A DNA stretch of 63,617 nt, filler included, from Asterionella formosa (taxonomy: Eukaryota): NCBI GenBank assembly GCA_002256025.1. It is 20 parts of 20 records of this genome, joined end to end, with 100 filler letters (N's around TTAATTAATTAA, not from the genome) between each part and the next. Parts side by side here need not be neighbours in the genome. Positions count along the whole stretch, not along the records: positions 1 to 19,801 come from NKIB01003524.1; positions 19,902 to 39,697 come from NKIB01003527.1; 18 more parts are not named here. One strand, 5' to 3'. Shown here in pieces: positions 12,623 through 25,433 of the stretch (positions are counted from its first letter, which is position 1; every line of letters starts with the position of its first letter). The notes beneath the pieces were generated by a model that searched no databases, was not told the origin of the DNA, and saw only the letters and a program-made list of their open reading frames with translations. Made by a program: the position numbers and the translations under genes.

Positions 12623-13963
12623 CTATATAGTAACGGCAGGCCCACCTTGAAGGGCCACACTTAAAATTCCCGCTTCGCTCAATTCCAGCACAAGTTCGTT
12701 CTCTTTGGATTCTTCCAACTCCTGCAGTTTCGCAACAACCTTGTTGTTGGATGGCATGACTTGCCATAGGCTCGAGCATGTCGTCGAAGGCGTGAACTTG
12801 TACACGACATGCGCTGGTAGAGGGGTTCCCTTCGGAATAAGTGTTTCAAGTGAATCTTCGTTCACTCCAAAGCCAATTGACACTGGACAGACTGTCACAT
12901 TGGGGTAAGCGGAATGTCCAAAGACAAGGTCGTCATCCAACAAAAGCTTGGCCTGCTTGGCACACCCAATGGCAATTCCTTCTTCTGCAGGGACGTTAGG
13001 TTTGCCACGAAGGGCTACAGGGAATATTTTAGATGCAATGGGTTCTAAATTCTTGCACAAACAACCTCCGATCAGGACCACATCGACGGGTTCCATTTGC
13101 GTCATTCTCGCTTCCACCTTCTGCATGACTTCACCACACATCATGTCCCATCTCGGCTTTGAAACTGCCATATGGCAGTCCATACCCTCAAACAACCCGT
13201 CAATCGTGATTGTTATCTTGTCACTTCCTAAGGCTCGTTCGGCTTCCCGTTGAAGCTTTTGTTTGGCTTTTCTACTTGCCCACACTTCCCCTCGGGGAAA
13301 CTTATGCTGACGTTCAAATTGAGTTGCCGCGAATTGAGCCAGTAGATCCACAAGTTTGGGACCCGAGACCTCTTTGAGAATTTCATGTGATACCAGTTCG
13401 AGGACTCCATTCTTGACTGCCATTCTGGTCAATTTGGTGCCAGACGCGCCACCGTCAACCACCAAAATAGTTTTATCCGAAATGCCTTTTTGCGTATATC
13501 CATGTGCCACACAAAGAGCAGCCGCGTCACTAATGAGCCCCACCACGATATCCACCTTGCGCTTCTTCTTATCAGCAATGAGGGCCTTGATTCCCGACGA
13601 CGCTGCGTCTCTGATTTGCTCCAAGTACGATTCACTGGCATTCACTGGCACGCTGACCACCACTCGAAGTTGGTCTGCCCCCACCGCTGCTGAATCCGAC
13701 GCCAACGTCGACAAATGCCCTAAGAAGGCGTGCGACGTAGGCTCGTTCAGTATTTCCTGTACAGTCACGCAGTCCGACTGGTTCTTGGCGCAAAAAACTC
13801 TGGCGGCATCTCCGAAAATAAAGGATTCTGGCGTTTCATTGACGCAAAAGGTGGGCGTGCATCGATGGCCCTGCGTGTTCGAGACAACAGCATTGTTCAC
13901 ACAGACACGGGCGTGAACGGATCCGAGGTCCAGGCCGACCGGGATCAGAGGAGGCGTCGACAT
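12623..13963 (-). CDS. Atypical, C-terminally short Hsp70-family protein (possibly HSPA14/Ssz1-like)
   Basis: VGLDLGS, VSNTQGHRCTP, VVVSVP, ILVVDGGASG, VVLIGG, EEGIAIGCAKQA and LIPKGTPLPA. About 446 aa, lacking the lid domain. ATG at 13963. Confidence 0.75.
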   Translation of the reverse strand: MSTPPLIPVGLDLGSVHARVCVNNAVVSNTQGHRCTPTFCVNETPESFIFGDAARVFCAKNQSDCVTVQEILNEPTSHAFLGHLSTLASDSAAVGADQLRVVVSVPVNASESYLEQIRDAASSGIKALIADKKKRKVDIVVGLISDAAALCVAHGYTQKGISDKTILVVDGGASGTKLTRMAVKNGVLELVSHEILKEVSGPKLVDLLAQFAATQFERQHKFPRGEVWASRKAKQKLQREAERALGSDKITITIDGLFEGMDCHMAVSKPRWDMMCGEVMQKVEARMTQMEPVDVVLIGGCLCKNLEPIASKIFPVALRGKPNVPAEEGIAIGCAKQAKLLLDDDLVFGHSAYPNVTVCPVSIGFGVNEDSLETLIPKGTPLPAHVVYKFTPSTTCSSLWQVMPSNNKVVAKLQELEESKENELVLELSEAGILSVALQGGPAVTI

Positions 13964-15028
13964 GGTGCACAAGATTCGGTTCAATTCGAGCTACACTTTA
14001 TAAAAAATGGAAATTTTGCTCTCACAATGACACGCCGATACTAGGATTAGCACCGTATACATCCGGTTCACGAATGTTTAGAGGGTTGGTCAAGGACATG
14101 ATTTTTTGACATTCTTATATTATGCATTGCGCCGCCTTTCATTATTATGCACTGGCTGATGCTGCTTTATGGATGGAGATACGTGATGGGTTATGAGTCA
14201 ATCAATTACCGGTAGGGTTTGTTGTTTGCTTCTCTACAGCTCTGTACGTAGGTTTGTTAGGGTACCAGGTACCCTGGTACCTTGTATGGGATTTAGTATG
14301 TATGAATGTATGCCAGTGATACTGAACGTTAGGGATAGGGTTGTACCGGCAAAAATTAGCCACCATGTTCTTCTTGGGGTATCCATGAGACGATAGCTAG
14401 CTACGATAGATATGTTTCAGCTAAACCCAGGTAGTTCCAGGTACCTGGTACCTACCTGATACCTGGTACTATGCTCTGGCTCAATGCCTTGACAAATATT
14501 TGCTTGCACGCTTGTTCCTGTTTGTATGTATGAAATGTCGCTACTCACTACCTGGTACCAGTTCCAGTATCTGAGCAACGAAATCGGGAACAACAGCCTC
14601 ATATCTTCATCATACAGTAGAATAAACTACCTACCATGTAGTTATACAATTATTGCATTGAATGATGGTTGCCATTGCAAACTACAGTAATAACACGGCA
14701 GCATGTATGTCATAGGACTACACTAAGTTTGTCGTTGTGTCCATTGGGATTTGATGCACTAACTACAACCAGCTCGATTGCCTACCGGTAAGCTATTTCG
14801 CGTTCTAGCATCAACAATCATAATCAATAGTGACTGAATTGTATCTGCGTTAGAATCAGATCACAATTTTTTTCCAAAAGGGCCTAACACTGAATATTGT
14901 TTGTGTTTCTCAAAGTGGAAGAGCGATGAAGATTTGTGGTTTCATTTCCCCCCTTCGCAGTAAGTATTCATGATTTATTTAAGTATATATGATTGGTGAT
15001 TCATTCATTGCCGCTGTTGACTGGCTAT

Positions 15029-15878
15029 TTATTCGTCACCTGCCGCAGCAGGACCTTTCTTCTCCTCTGCTTCAGCTTCGATTTCCTTAACGACAGCTTC
15101 AATATCTTCTTCCGGCATAATTTCCTTCTTCCCTCCACGTCTAACAATACAGATCTCCATTGTCTTTGCTCCACTATCTACAACTTCCAACAAGGCTTGC
15201 ACGGCCAATCGGACACACTTAGCTTCGTCCATCTCCGCGTCGTAATTCTTCTCTAAAAACTCCCTCAATGACTTGGCACTTCTCCCCCCAATGACTTGCG
15301 CCTTCCAGCGCGAGTGAGTTCCTGCCGGGTCCGTCTGGTATAGATCTGGAACGCCGTCCGCCGAACTGACTCCGGTCAAAAGAGTCGCAATCCCGAAAGG
15401 CCGCACTCCACCTCGTTGTGTGTACTGCTGTTGAGTCTTGGCCAGGTATCTTGCAATGTATTCAACGGAAGGAGCATCTTCCATGGTGAGGCGGTAGGAT
15501 TGAGCCTCCAGTCTGAGTTTGTTGACCAAGACGCGAGCGTCTGCGGTCAGGCCAGCGAATGCCAGAACGGTTCGATCGTCCACCGAGACAATCTTCCGAA
15601 TGGTCCTCGCATCCTGAAGTCTGTTGTGTTGGATGTGTGACAGTGTATGGTCGATTGCTGTGGTGAGCGAGATTGTAGTGGCACATAGCCCAGCAAGGCA
15701 ATACATGAAATGGTCTAACTCACTTAGCCAGAGCCCGACGTTCGACAGCCAAAATGACACAATCAATGCCCTTGATGCCCACAGCGGTCGATCCTCGACG
15801 AACCGCTTCCATGGCGTACTCTACTTGGAACAAATGACCGTCCGGAGAAAAGACTGTGATCGCACGATCGTATGACAT
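15029..15878 (-). CDS. PSMA7: 20S proteasome alpha-4 subunit (alpha type 7); intron 15621-15723
   Basis: Exon 1 (15724-15878) reads [29 protein letters not shown]. The intron GTGAGT...CAACAG joins ALAK to [10 protein letters not shown] in frame. Exon 2 has [20 protein letters not shown] and LYQTDPAG. Confidence 0.95.
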
Positions 15879-17037
15879 CTTGCAGCTACGGAAGTGGGGT
15901 TCTCAGTGGTCTAGGAAGAATGGTGAGTCGGAGCAAAAAGAAAACAACGATGCCAACAACTGCATAAATATATTTTAGCTGTACTTATGTACCGGTAGGA
16001 AGAAATAGATAACAATCATGCCTGTATCCTTGTCGATGATACATGTAGTACGGGCTCATGGCGAGGTGCCGCAGGGGCGGAGGGGATACATACCGCATTC
16101 CGGTATACCGGTATATGATCTGGATGCTTCGATCACCTTCGGCGGGGTTCTGCCAGAAACGGAGGGTGGTCAGACGGTCCGCCCACCCCACTGCCTGACT
16201 GCTGCATTGATTGGAGTCTCCTGTGCAGTGGTGCTTGCTTGTTGGTCCAATTGCAGGATTGCAGGTATACCTCATAGGATCATGCCTGGTAAAGTTGACC
16301 TGACCTAATGACACACTTTTGGAGTGAAAAGTCCTATACCATCACATGGAGTACTTTGGCATGTGCCAGTTGAAAGTGAATTGGCTAATTGTTGATCATT
16401 GTTGATGGCAGCAATATCCATTTACCCTCCCTCTTCATCCTTGAATCTCCAACAGACAGGAACTGCATTTGAGGTGCAGTGGGGCGAGAATCCTTGAAAT
16501 TCATTGTAAGTCACATGTTCAATCATTAATTCTAATGCAATGAAAGGGCCTTCCATGGAGTCAGAAAGGGAAAAATCTGGAATGAGTAAGGATTTTGTCC
16601 AAAGGTGCCTTCTTGCCTGTCAAGAAGTGCATGTGTGCAGCTAGTTCAAAATGCTCACAATTCCGTTTGATAAAGTGGAAAAACATTTCGGAAGAATCTG
16701 TAACAGAGCAGAATTCAGTTATTTCCCAGTTTTGCCATACACTGGCATCTCTAGCATATTCTGATGATGATGGCGATTGTGATTTCTGGGCGCTAGTATA
16801 TATCAAGAAAAGCCACAAAGCAGTGATGCTCCTATCAATTGTACTTAGAGATTTTGTGTAAATAAGCAGGGAAATTCTACATGGCAAGTAAAGTAAAGCA
16901 ATCATTCTTTACTTATACTTAGGAACGCTTGGAGCTGTCCTTTTCTACATCGCAGTAATCTCCGCTCACTCTGTTGCTAAAGGGATACCTACAAGTAACG
17001 CCTCCTATCGTTCACTATTTAACAAATCACAGTCGCA

Positions 17038-17607
17038 TCACTCAAAAAGTGCTCTAGCACGGGCAGCATTCTCCTTCTTTCTCTCTGCCGCCCGAATTCT
17101 GTCCTCTGCTTCTCGCTGCTTGGCAGCTTCCTTTTGTGTTATAAGACGTGCTTTCCTCGCCTCCTCTGCCTTTCTCATCGCATCAGCTTGCTTCTGCGCC
17201 TCACTACTGCCAGATACCGTCACACTTTCTGACCATGATTTTCCCAAATATGCTTCTACTCCTTCACCAAATCCCCCATTCGACGTCGATCCGTACCTAG
17301 GCATGGAGAAATCAAGGGTTTCATAGGTAGGTTCAGGGCTTCTTGTTGGCAAAACAGCGACGAGTGATGAGGACAAGAAAGGAGAGTCTTGAGATATCAC
17401 CTGAGTATTCATTGGGAGTGCGGCAGTGGCAATCTGCGAAGCTAGCGTCCATCCAATGACTGCGGGAAGTCCTACTGACAACCACGAGCTTCCTTGAGCG
17501 TGCAGCGGAGTTTTGCAAAAGGTGAAAGTCTTCTTATCTTGGTGACAAAATGCGCTGGCGCTCCGGATTGATAAGAGCGCAACTACTGCCACCGAGTAGA
17601 TCTTCAT
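17038..17607 (-). CDS. Nuclear-encoded plastid-targeted protein of unknown function, possibly thylakoid/lumenal
   Basis: Signal peptide MKIYSVAVVALLSIRSASA|F matches the diatom ASAFAP-type cleavage motif. It is followed by a transit-like segment, a second hydrophobic stretch ending in ATA and a charged coiled-coil tail. Confidence 0.7.
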   Translation of the reverse strand: MKIYSVAVVALLSIRSASAFCHQDKKTFTFCKTPLHAQGSSWLSVGLPAVIGWTLASQIATAALPMNTQVISQDSPFLSSSLVAVLPTRSPEPTYETLDFSMPRYGSTSNGGFGEGVEAYLGKSWSESVTVSGSSEAQKQADAMRKAEEARKARLITQKEAAKQREAEDRIRAAERKKENAARARALFE

Positions 17608-18890
17608 TGTTTCAGTTGCTGAGCGAGATGATTTGGTTTGTAATGACACTGGATCTATTTTAAGAAAATAATGACGACAACTTTACTGAACTAAAAACCC
17701 AGCTGCTTTTTCTATCCTCGCCTTGTTTTGGTCTTTTCTTTCCTTCTTCCCCTCGGCCGTAGTTGCTCTTGTATGGCCATGATGAAAGCGATACAGCATG
17801 TGAATCCATATGCGCATGCGTGATGTCAACATACTTTTGGCATGCTTTGTCAGTACCAGGTATTCCTGGTAAAGTCGAACCAGTGACTGCTTAAAAACCA
17901 CTATCGACCCAATGCATGTATGATTCCTACCATTCGTTTGAATCATTCGACTAAACTATAACTCGCTGATCTTAGTGGTACCAGGTACCGGTAGGTCTAT
18001 GTATTATGTACCAGGTACCAGAGTACTGTACAGCTGAACTGCCTGTCATACAAATTGTTACCTAGCTACAACTCCCCCTGGTTGAAAGTGATTACCAGAA
18101 AGGTGATTTAAAATTTCTCCAGCCAGGGCCATTTTGGCTCATACTAATTTCTCGGCTGAATCGCCTTATCCTGCTCCTTGCTCTCTGCTACAGATCCATG
18201 TATAAAATATACATATAATGTTTTGGGAGTTTTTCGATCTTTGCTTTTGACCATCTCAAGCAAAATGCAGATGCATGAGAACCCACTTTTCTTTGAACCG
18301 CCCATCAATTTTCAACAAACTTATGAAGTAGGATATAACAGTAGAACAATGGCAACTCACCATTGATTATGGATTGTGCAACTAGCTATGAAAGTGGTGA
18401 TGATGGGAATGAAGAAAATGATGGTGTGCTCAATTTGATGGCTGGAGCCATAAAAAATCGGGCAGTATGGGGCTGGTCCATGTAAATTTAACAACCGTAG
18501 AAAGTGTATGGAACAACAGCCACCGGTATTCTATTCAAGTATAATTTATGATAGTGATGTGCTTTATTCAGTTTTGTAAAAATATTTGAGCAGCCAGTCG
18601 ATGTAAAGCAGCATTGGCAATTGGTTTCAATAAATAAGCGATTGAGAGCTTATAATCATATCTATGTAACTCATAAAAAGATTGATATTTCGAGTAAGCC
18701 GATCCTCACATAGGAAAATGGTTTGTTTTCTATGTAGTCCGTCCTAAAAATAAGCTGCTTGGCAGTTGAGTCACAGCAAATCGCCGCAATTGGCTGTTTT
18801 CAGCCAGCCAGAGGGAGAACCATAAAATAATATTTCATACCATAGTATTAGTCGCAATTTTTCATTTCATCATTTGATATTGCATTCACA

Positions 18891-18968
18891 GGTTACTGAG
18901 TCCTTTTGTGGTTGCTTGAACCCTTCTTAGGTTACTGAGTCCTTTTGTGGCTGCTTGAACCCTTCTTA
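18891..18968 (+). repeat. 39-bp tandem duplication
   Basis: GGTTACTGAGTCCTTTTGTGG(T/C)TGCTTGAACCCTTCTTA, two copies. Confidence 0.9.
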
Positions 18969-19801
18969 ACCACTCCTTTCTTTGCCGTGGACACGGGGCA
19001 CTGTGAGATGTCTTTCAACCCACTGCTTCTTCGCTTCTGATTTGGATTTCTGCACAAACATTGTATTCATATCTCAATGAAAAATCTAGCATACAAGAAA
19101 CAGTGAAAAAGACAGATGAGCAACCATTGTGAGTGGTGAGGACGAGATGAAGAACAACAATGTGGAAGAAAAATGCATTGCTTATGGTTTGCCTGCCTGC
19201 TCAATTATTCCCATCCTTTTCCCGCAATATACTACACCAGTCTATGTATAATGATTGGCTTTTAATCTAAAAATAAACGTTATCATGGATTTACTAATTT
19301 ACATAAAAATATACTATTGCCGAATTCTCAAATCATGAGGCATGCAAAATTTTGTCTGGATTACAACTTCGTCACAGTAGATAGAAATTGACAATGAATT
19401 GGTAGAGAAAGATGAATTGGAAGCTTGGTTGTTAAAGCAGTGGTCCTAAAATTTACACATCCTGATGCCTCCATTGGACAATATACGTTCGTTCTGAGCA
19501 TATCGACATTCGACAAGAAGCCTTTGATTTCGGGTACATCAAATAATATATTAGATAGAAATCGGCATCAAATTGGTTGAGAAAGAAATGAATTGGAATT
19601 TAGGTTGCTACAGCACTGGTCATCATTCCACAGCAAGCACCGAAAATTTACGCATCCTGATGAAGAATTTGATCAATACTGACTAAGCATAGACTGCGCC
19701 AGCTTTTTCTGAAGTACAATGTACAAAAATTTAGTACAAAATGAATGTTGGCGAGGAGGACCGTCCGCGCCAGTTTTCTTAACGAAAAGCAGCTGCTGGA
19801 A

Positions 19802-19901
19802 NNNNNNNNNNNNNNNNNNNNNNNNNNNNNNNNNNNNNNNNNNNNTTAATTAATTAANNNNNNNNNNNNNNNNNNNNNNNNNNNNNNNNNNNNNNNNNNN
19901 N
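19802..19901. other. Artificial contig linker (N44-TTAATTAATTAA-N44); repeated at 39698, 41028, 42358, 43688, 45018, 46348, 47678, 49007, 50335, 51665, 52994, 54323, 55652, 56981, 58310, 59635, 60963 and 62291
   Basis: Identical spacer with stop codons in all six frames, separating contigs of near-equal length. Confidence 0.97.
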
Positions 19902-21197
19902 AGATAAAATGGGAGCAAACTAACAGAATTAATGGTAGTCAGAGTGAAGAATATTTGTGAACGGAAATGTTGCGAATTGTCGAGAAAAGTACCGTATTAT
20001 AGAGATTATTACTGAACAAATTTTTCTTCGTGTCGCCAGAAAATATTGTCAGTTGGCCCCAAAAATTATGTGGGTTTCTAAAATAATTATGGAAGTTGTC
20101 GAAACTATTTAAGTTCACTCCGTCCATATATATTGTATGATGCATCATATTTTTTTGTGATGTCATACCCTTAAATTATGTACGTAGCTAAATTCGTCAT
20201 ATTGGGCCACCCAAATAATTAATTTGGGTGATCATATTTGACTAGCGTTTTTTTTGTGGCGGCTGTACCAGTAATCGGCGTTGTAGATGTCCTTATGGTT
20301 AAACAGTCACCTCTACGAAGAAAGTAGAATTTATGCTCTAGTAACCAGGAATTCGTGAGTAATATATACTTAGTCAGTCTCAAAGTCAGCATTGAACCTG
20401 AAATAAATAAACTAAGAACGGTTTATAATACCCGATTTCTTGCACATCATGGGTTCTCTGGCTAGGTGACCAGAAAGGTTCACAATGGCTGACATACAGG
20501 GCTCACATCATCATTTTTTTAAGTCCAGCTCAACCAAGCGATCAAAAAATAGATTAAATTTTTTTTAGTTCGCTCGTTTTAATCTTTCAACTCTGTTTGT
20601 TACCTCTGAACTTGTTTAGGATTGATCGCCTTGATAGCATATGGCTGATATTTCCATTTTGGGTTGCTGTTGGCATTTGTTGCAGCAAAAGCAAGTTTGT
20701 CAGGAATCCTGCCCAGCGCTGACCACCACGATATGTGCGACCCTCATTCAAACAACTTTATCTTAGGAGCTTTCATTTCAACTTGTATGTGTTAATGAGT
20801 ACTTAGAGATCCTGTTTTGACAATTTACCATTGTTCAATTGTCAAAACTCATGATTTTCCTGCACACACGCACATCATCTTGCAGAATTGTCTAATTCTT
20901 TAGCATTTGCTAGATTGTCAGTTCTTAGCGGAAAAGCCACTGTTTTTTGGGTTAGTGCATTGGTCCATACACTCCGTCTCAAGATAATGGCCAAGGAAAG
21001 GAGAAAACAACTGCCTTTTGACAGGGATGCAAACAATGAGAACCTGGCTTGGCGTATTTCTCTCATCCTTAGAATCTTCGTTCAACAGAGACGCACCTTG
21101 GCCATCAGAGCGACAAGGAGTCGAATATTTGCAGATAGTTTTCTTGTTAGTTGGAAGCAATTGTCGATTTGGCTGACCACATGGAATTGACAGACAC

Positions 21198-21219
21198 AAC
21201 ACACACACACACACACACA
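21198..21219 (+). repeat. (CA)n microsatellite
   Basis: About 10 CA units. Confidence 0.85.
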
Positions 21220-24209
21220 GGCAGCTTATACCATTGATGAATTGAATTTTTTATACTTGAATGAGGAAAGGATGACCATCATGATTGAAATCTTGCTAAA
21301 TGCGAGACTCTAGAGGCTGCTTGCTTGTAATGTTTCCCTTGTCTTGTCTGCAGACTTGTCCTGTTTTTTGGCCTTTTTGATGACAAGGTCATTGACAGTC
21401 ACATACCATTGTTGGATTTCCACTGTGGGTATTTACATTCCAAGTGAAAAGAAAATGTGGCATAAAATACTACAATGCCTTTTTTGCAGTAATAGTTAAT
21501 GGAAGAATAATGGCCAAGTGTTTGGTTATCATCCTTGTTTTCCACAGGCTCCTCTACAATAAACTCACAGCTTTTAGTACAATCATTGGCTATTTGCCAT
21601 AACCTCTGTACAACATCATAGAAATAAGTACATTTTTGTAAGCATGGGAATGTGTCAGTTCATTTACTCTCCTGGTCAACATTGCTTGTTGCCAAGCAGA
21701 TTTTTAATTGTACTGATGTTTAAGTTTATTTTAATTTATGATGTTTTACCAGCAATTCCCGCTCCAGCTATCGTCTTGCCATTCGGGTACTTCTAAGTAA
21801 TTTTTAGGCTCTAAGTAATTTCTTAAGTAATTTTTATTTAAGGGCAATATGGGGCACATCGAAATTTTTGGCATTAAAATTGCCGATTTTAGCATGACAG
21901 CCAAAATAACGGTAATATGCATAGAGATGGTACGACAAGGGTAAAACACACGAGAATGATTGTAACATGCAACATCAACGAAAATTGAACATGATGTTTG
22001 GAACAACCAAAGTATGAAATGCGATGTAATAAGTAGCATCAAATGAGAAATAGAAAAAATTGTTTTGGGTTAGAAATGAAATAAAAAATAAGAGTTCCAA
22101 TGGAGATGTATGCATTGTGAATCATTGTAGTACTTACACACCAGGCAACATTGACTTTCCATCACCACACAATCGAAGACCGAAATAAGAAGGGAAAAGC
22201 TGAACCCAATCTTGACCTACATCGTTATGTAGCGTAAATGGTCTGGTTTCTGCAACCATGCGCATCGCTGTAGTAGCCTGACACCAGTAGCAGTATTTCC
22301 GCCACAGTCATTCCTCTCCGCTGCCCACCAAACAAGCAACCCTGATCATTCCATTCTGAGCAAGCGTGATCGCCACGCTGCTCCAGAACTATTGACTCTC
22401 TCTAGCTGAGAATTCATGTAGCTTCTGATACGAACTCGTAGTAGAAATGTAGTAAAGCGCGTTAGTACAAGAAAAGCATTGCTTGGCGGCAATATTGACA
22501 TCATTGTCAACGACTATACAAATCAACAAATACGATCAACAACGGCACATACCACATCTTCAATGAGTAGTCATTGATAAATGCATTGGTTCTTATGTAG
22601 ATATGTACAATCGAAACAAAAAGACAGTGCGTAACGACAAACAACGATGGAAGTGATCAAAACAAACCACGGAAGCCGATAAATACGATCTACAATCCAG
22701 ATTCAGTGTTTCGCTGTTGTACTCACCGATCCGCTTCAACTAGCATAACAAGTAGCAGACTATGGGATAAAAGAAAGACGAACGTTGCCTATTGCAAGCC
22801 TGAATAGAGCAAAGGCAGGCAAGATAGAGTGAGAACTATATTTGTGAGGACGAAATCGGGCATACGGTACGTAAAATCAATGAATATGTGAACGAATTCA
22901 ACATTTCAGGTCTCGTAAAAATAATACCGAGTCTACAGAGATAATATTATTACGTGTTCAAAGTAAGCGTTAAAGCATAGCTTAAACCATGCATGGTTGT
23001 TTTTAGTACCACGTATGTATGTAGACTAGATGACTGCCGGTACCGGTAGAATATCCATTAAGCATCATTACATACATGACCGGGGCAAAAACTTGCCACC
23101 AACATCAGATGTATCGATATCATCGTTCGTCCGACGAAATATGGACGATGCGACTACATGAATACCTCGAGAAGACAAGCAATCCAACAATCAACCGCAT
23201 CCGTTAGGCAAAGAGTCGCTACTGGCGTCATTGCGGAACTGATTTCGCTTCAAACCGGTCATGATGGACAACGATTGGCATGGTGAAAGGTGAATCGCCG
23301 GAGTCCACTTTTCAGGAGACGAACAAAAACGAGGTGAATTCTAGGTATAAATTATTAGAATCTGTATAGTATATAAAATGGTTTCCTTAAGTAGACCCCT
23401 TGCCGATTTCGGCAATCCCAGGGCTGGAAAACCGAGGGGCAATTGTCTTCAGTTGTCTTGCCAATATATGAACATATGAAATATCCAAAATATATTTTAA
23501 TGATGGGCAATATCGGACCTTTGGCAATTTTCGAGGTAAAGATAGGAAATATCCAAAATTTATTTTAAATGATGGGCAATAGTAGGCTAAAATTGACATT
23601 TATGCTAAATTTGTGGGCAGTAGGTAAGCGAATGATGCGACGATAGCTAGAGTAGGAATTGCCTCAACAATACCCTTCTCGGCGGCTACTTGCCTTCAGG
23701 AGTACAATCCCTCAACATAACATAACACAGCCAGTGCACCAGGTACCGGTACACAGGGACAGGTACGAGTCGTACCCAAAAGTACTCAACAGCTACACAT
23801 GCCTGGTACCAGGGTACCAGGTACCAGTACCAGTGCCATTACTGTATGCCTTCTCGTACACATGTGTACTCGCAGGCATGAGACCACCTCAGGCGTGTAT
23901 TGCCTTCAGCAATGCTCGATCACGACTCCGGACATTCGGTGGACTTAAAGAAGTACGTCTGTACCTGTAGTACAGTTGGTTCGAGTTGGTCGTCTCGCAA
24001 TCGACTTTTACCATCTAATATACCGGTAATATAATTCCGGTTTATCTACCGGTAGCGTGGTACATACTGTACCATACTTGGTCATGCTCGCTAATTTAGG
24101 TTTGTTTTCGGAGCAGGACAATGGAGGAACTTGATAATAATTCAGGAAAGCTCCCACTGACTTTGAGCCGATCACCACCAGGCTGTCAGCTTGTTAATTT
24201 TTTAGAAGC

Positions 24210-25433
24210 ATGACAGGAGCTCTTCGAAAACGAACGAACAAGAGGTGCAAAAAGGCGAAGAGTGACAACCAACTGAACATTATCAATGTGGTCCAAAAAC
24301 ACCCTCTGGTGGCACCTATGGAACCGACCTTATGGGAAACGTTCAAATCGCATCCGCTCGTATTGGTCTTTCCAATAATAGTTATTCCCTACTTCTTGTA
24401 TCTATCTTATTATTTCTTAGTGCTGCAGAATCCTGGTATAGTCACTCAGACTCTCGGGATATCCCTGCGACCAGCAGTGGCGGCAACAGAGGAACGCCAG
24501 TTTTTGATCGTCGGCACAATGTCAAGTGGAACTGTGCAAGTGGCATCGGATTTAAATTCCCAGCTTAATCTCGAAGTGGGACATGAATTAACAGACACGA
24601 AATGGCATTTCGTTCGCGATGGTACAGTTTCGTGGTTTCATGGTATTCGATTCTTGCCCGAACCTCAAGCAAACACAAAAATCAAGGCTATTCTGGCGAT
24701 GTGTCAAAATTTTACAGATTCAATGGGATTTCATCCAAGAATGTACAAGGAATCAGGTTGTTCGCAGTGGCAGAGATGGGGGCCTTGCTGGAGGAAGGCT
24801 TGCTTCGAGATTATAAACTCTGAATGGGGATGTGGCTTGACAAATTCGCAATCCCAAACATGCGAAACCCCTTTTCGAAGGACACTCCATCAAGTTCGAC
24901 ATCCTTTGAGAACCATAGAGTCATTAGTATCGAAGTTCTGTGTGGGAGGAGTCGAAGGTTCCGTTCATACATCGTTCTTCTCTGTCCTATCTTTCATGTT
25001 TCCAGAAAGAGATTGGAGTAACGATACCTGTATCGAAGCGGCAGCCACTTATGTTATTCTGTACAATCGTGGGATGCTGAATGCTTATAAAAAAGGCGTA
25101 ATATGGAAGACTTACAAGGCTGAGGAGACAAGTCCATGTCAGATAGCCAAGATGGCCGGAATTTTGGACATAGAATCGAGTGTGTATCCAGCCAACATGG
25201 CGAAGGTCGGCGAACGCTGCAGTGACCCATTTCACCGTGCCAATGAAGCCATGAGATCAACCAAGCACAAAATTAATGATGATTTTTTGCGCCTTGACTG
25301 GAGTGACATTATGGGTGGCCAGCATGGCAGTGTTCATTCTAGCACGGACAACAAGCTTGCACAGAATCTTTTACTTTTGGTAGAAGAACTCGGCTATAAC
25401 CCAAGTCAAACCGGGGCAGAGACAAAGAGATGA
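24210..25433 (+). CDS. Membrane-anchored sulfotransferase-like (P-loop) protein
   Basis: TM helix near the N-terminus. FLIVGTMSSGT resembles the 5'-PSB loop and LHQVRHPLRTIES resembles the 3'-PB motif of sulfotransferases. Uninterrupted 407-aa ORF. Confidence 0.6.
   Translation: MTGALRKRTNKRCKKAKSDNQLNIINVVQKHPLVAPMEPTLWETFKSHPLVLVFPIIVIPYFLYLSYYFLVLQNPGIVTQTLGISLRPAVAATEERQFLIVGTMSSGTVQVASDLNSQLNLEVGHELTDTKWHFVRDGTVSWFHGIRFLPEPQANTKIKAILAMCQNFTDSMGFHPRMYKESGCSQWQRWGPCWRKACFEIINSEWGCGLTNSQSQTCETPFRRTLHQVRHPLRTIESLVSKFCVGGVEGSVHTSFFSVLSFMFPERDWSNDTCIEAAATYVILYNRGMLNAYKKGVIWKTYKAEETSPCQIAKMAGILDIESSVYPANMAKVGERCSDPFHRANEAMRSTKHKINDDFLRLDWSDIMGGQHGSVHSSTDNKLAQNLLLLVEELGYNPSQTGAETKR

Noticed and set aside
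11198..13916. Long antisense ORFs over PGK and the Hsp70-like gene
   Set aside because: Shadow ORFs of real genes on the opposite strand or in another frame.
16300..16905. Possible decayed transposase on the minus strand (TPCDGIG-like motif)
   Set aside because: Too degenerate to assign by eye.
20600..22450. Short ORFs and exon-like stretches on the minus strand
   Set aside because: Multiple stops and no recognisable motifs.
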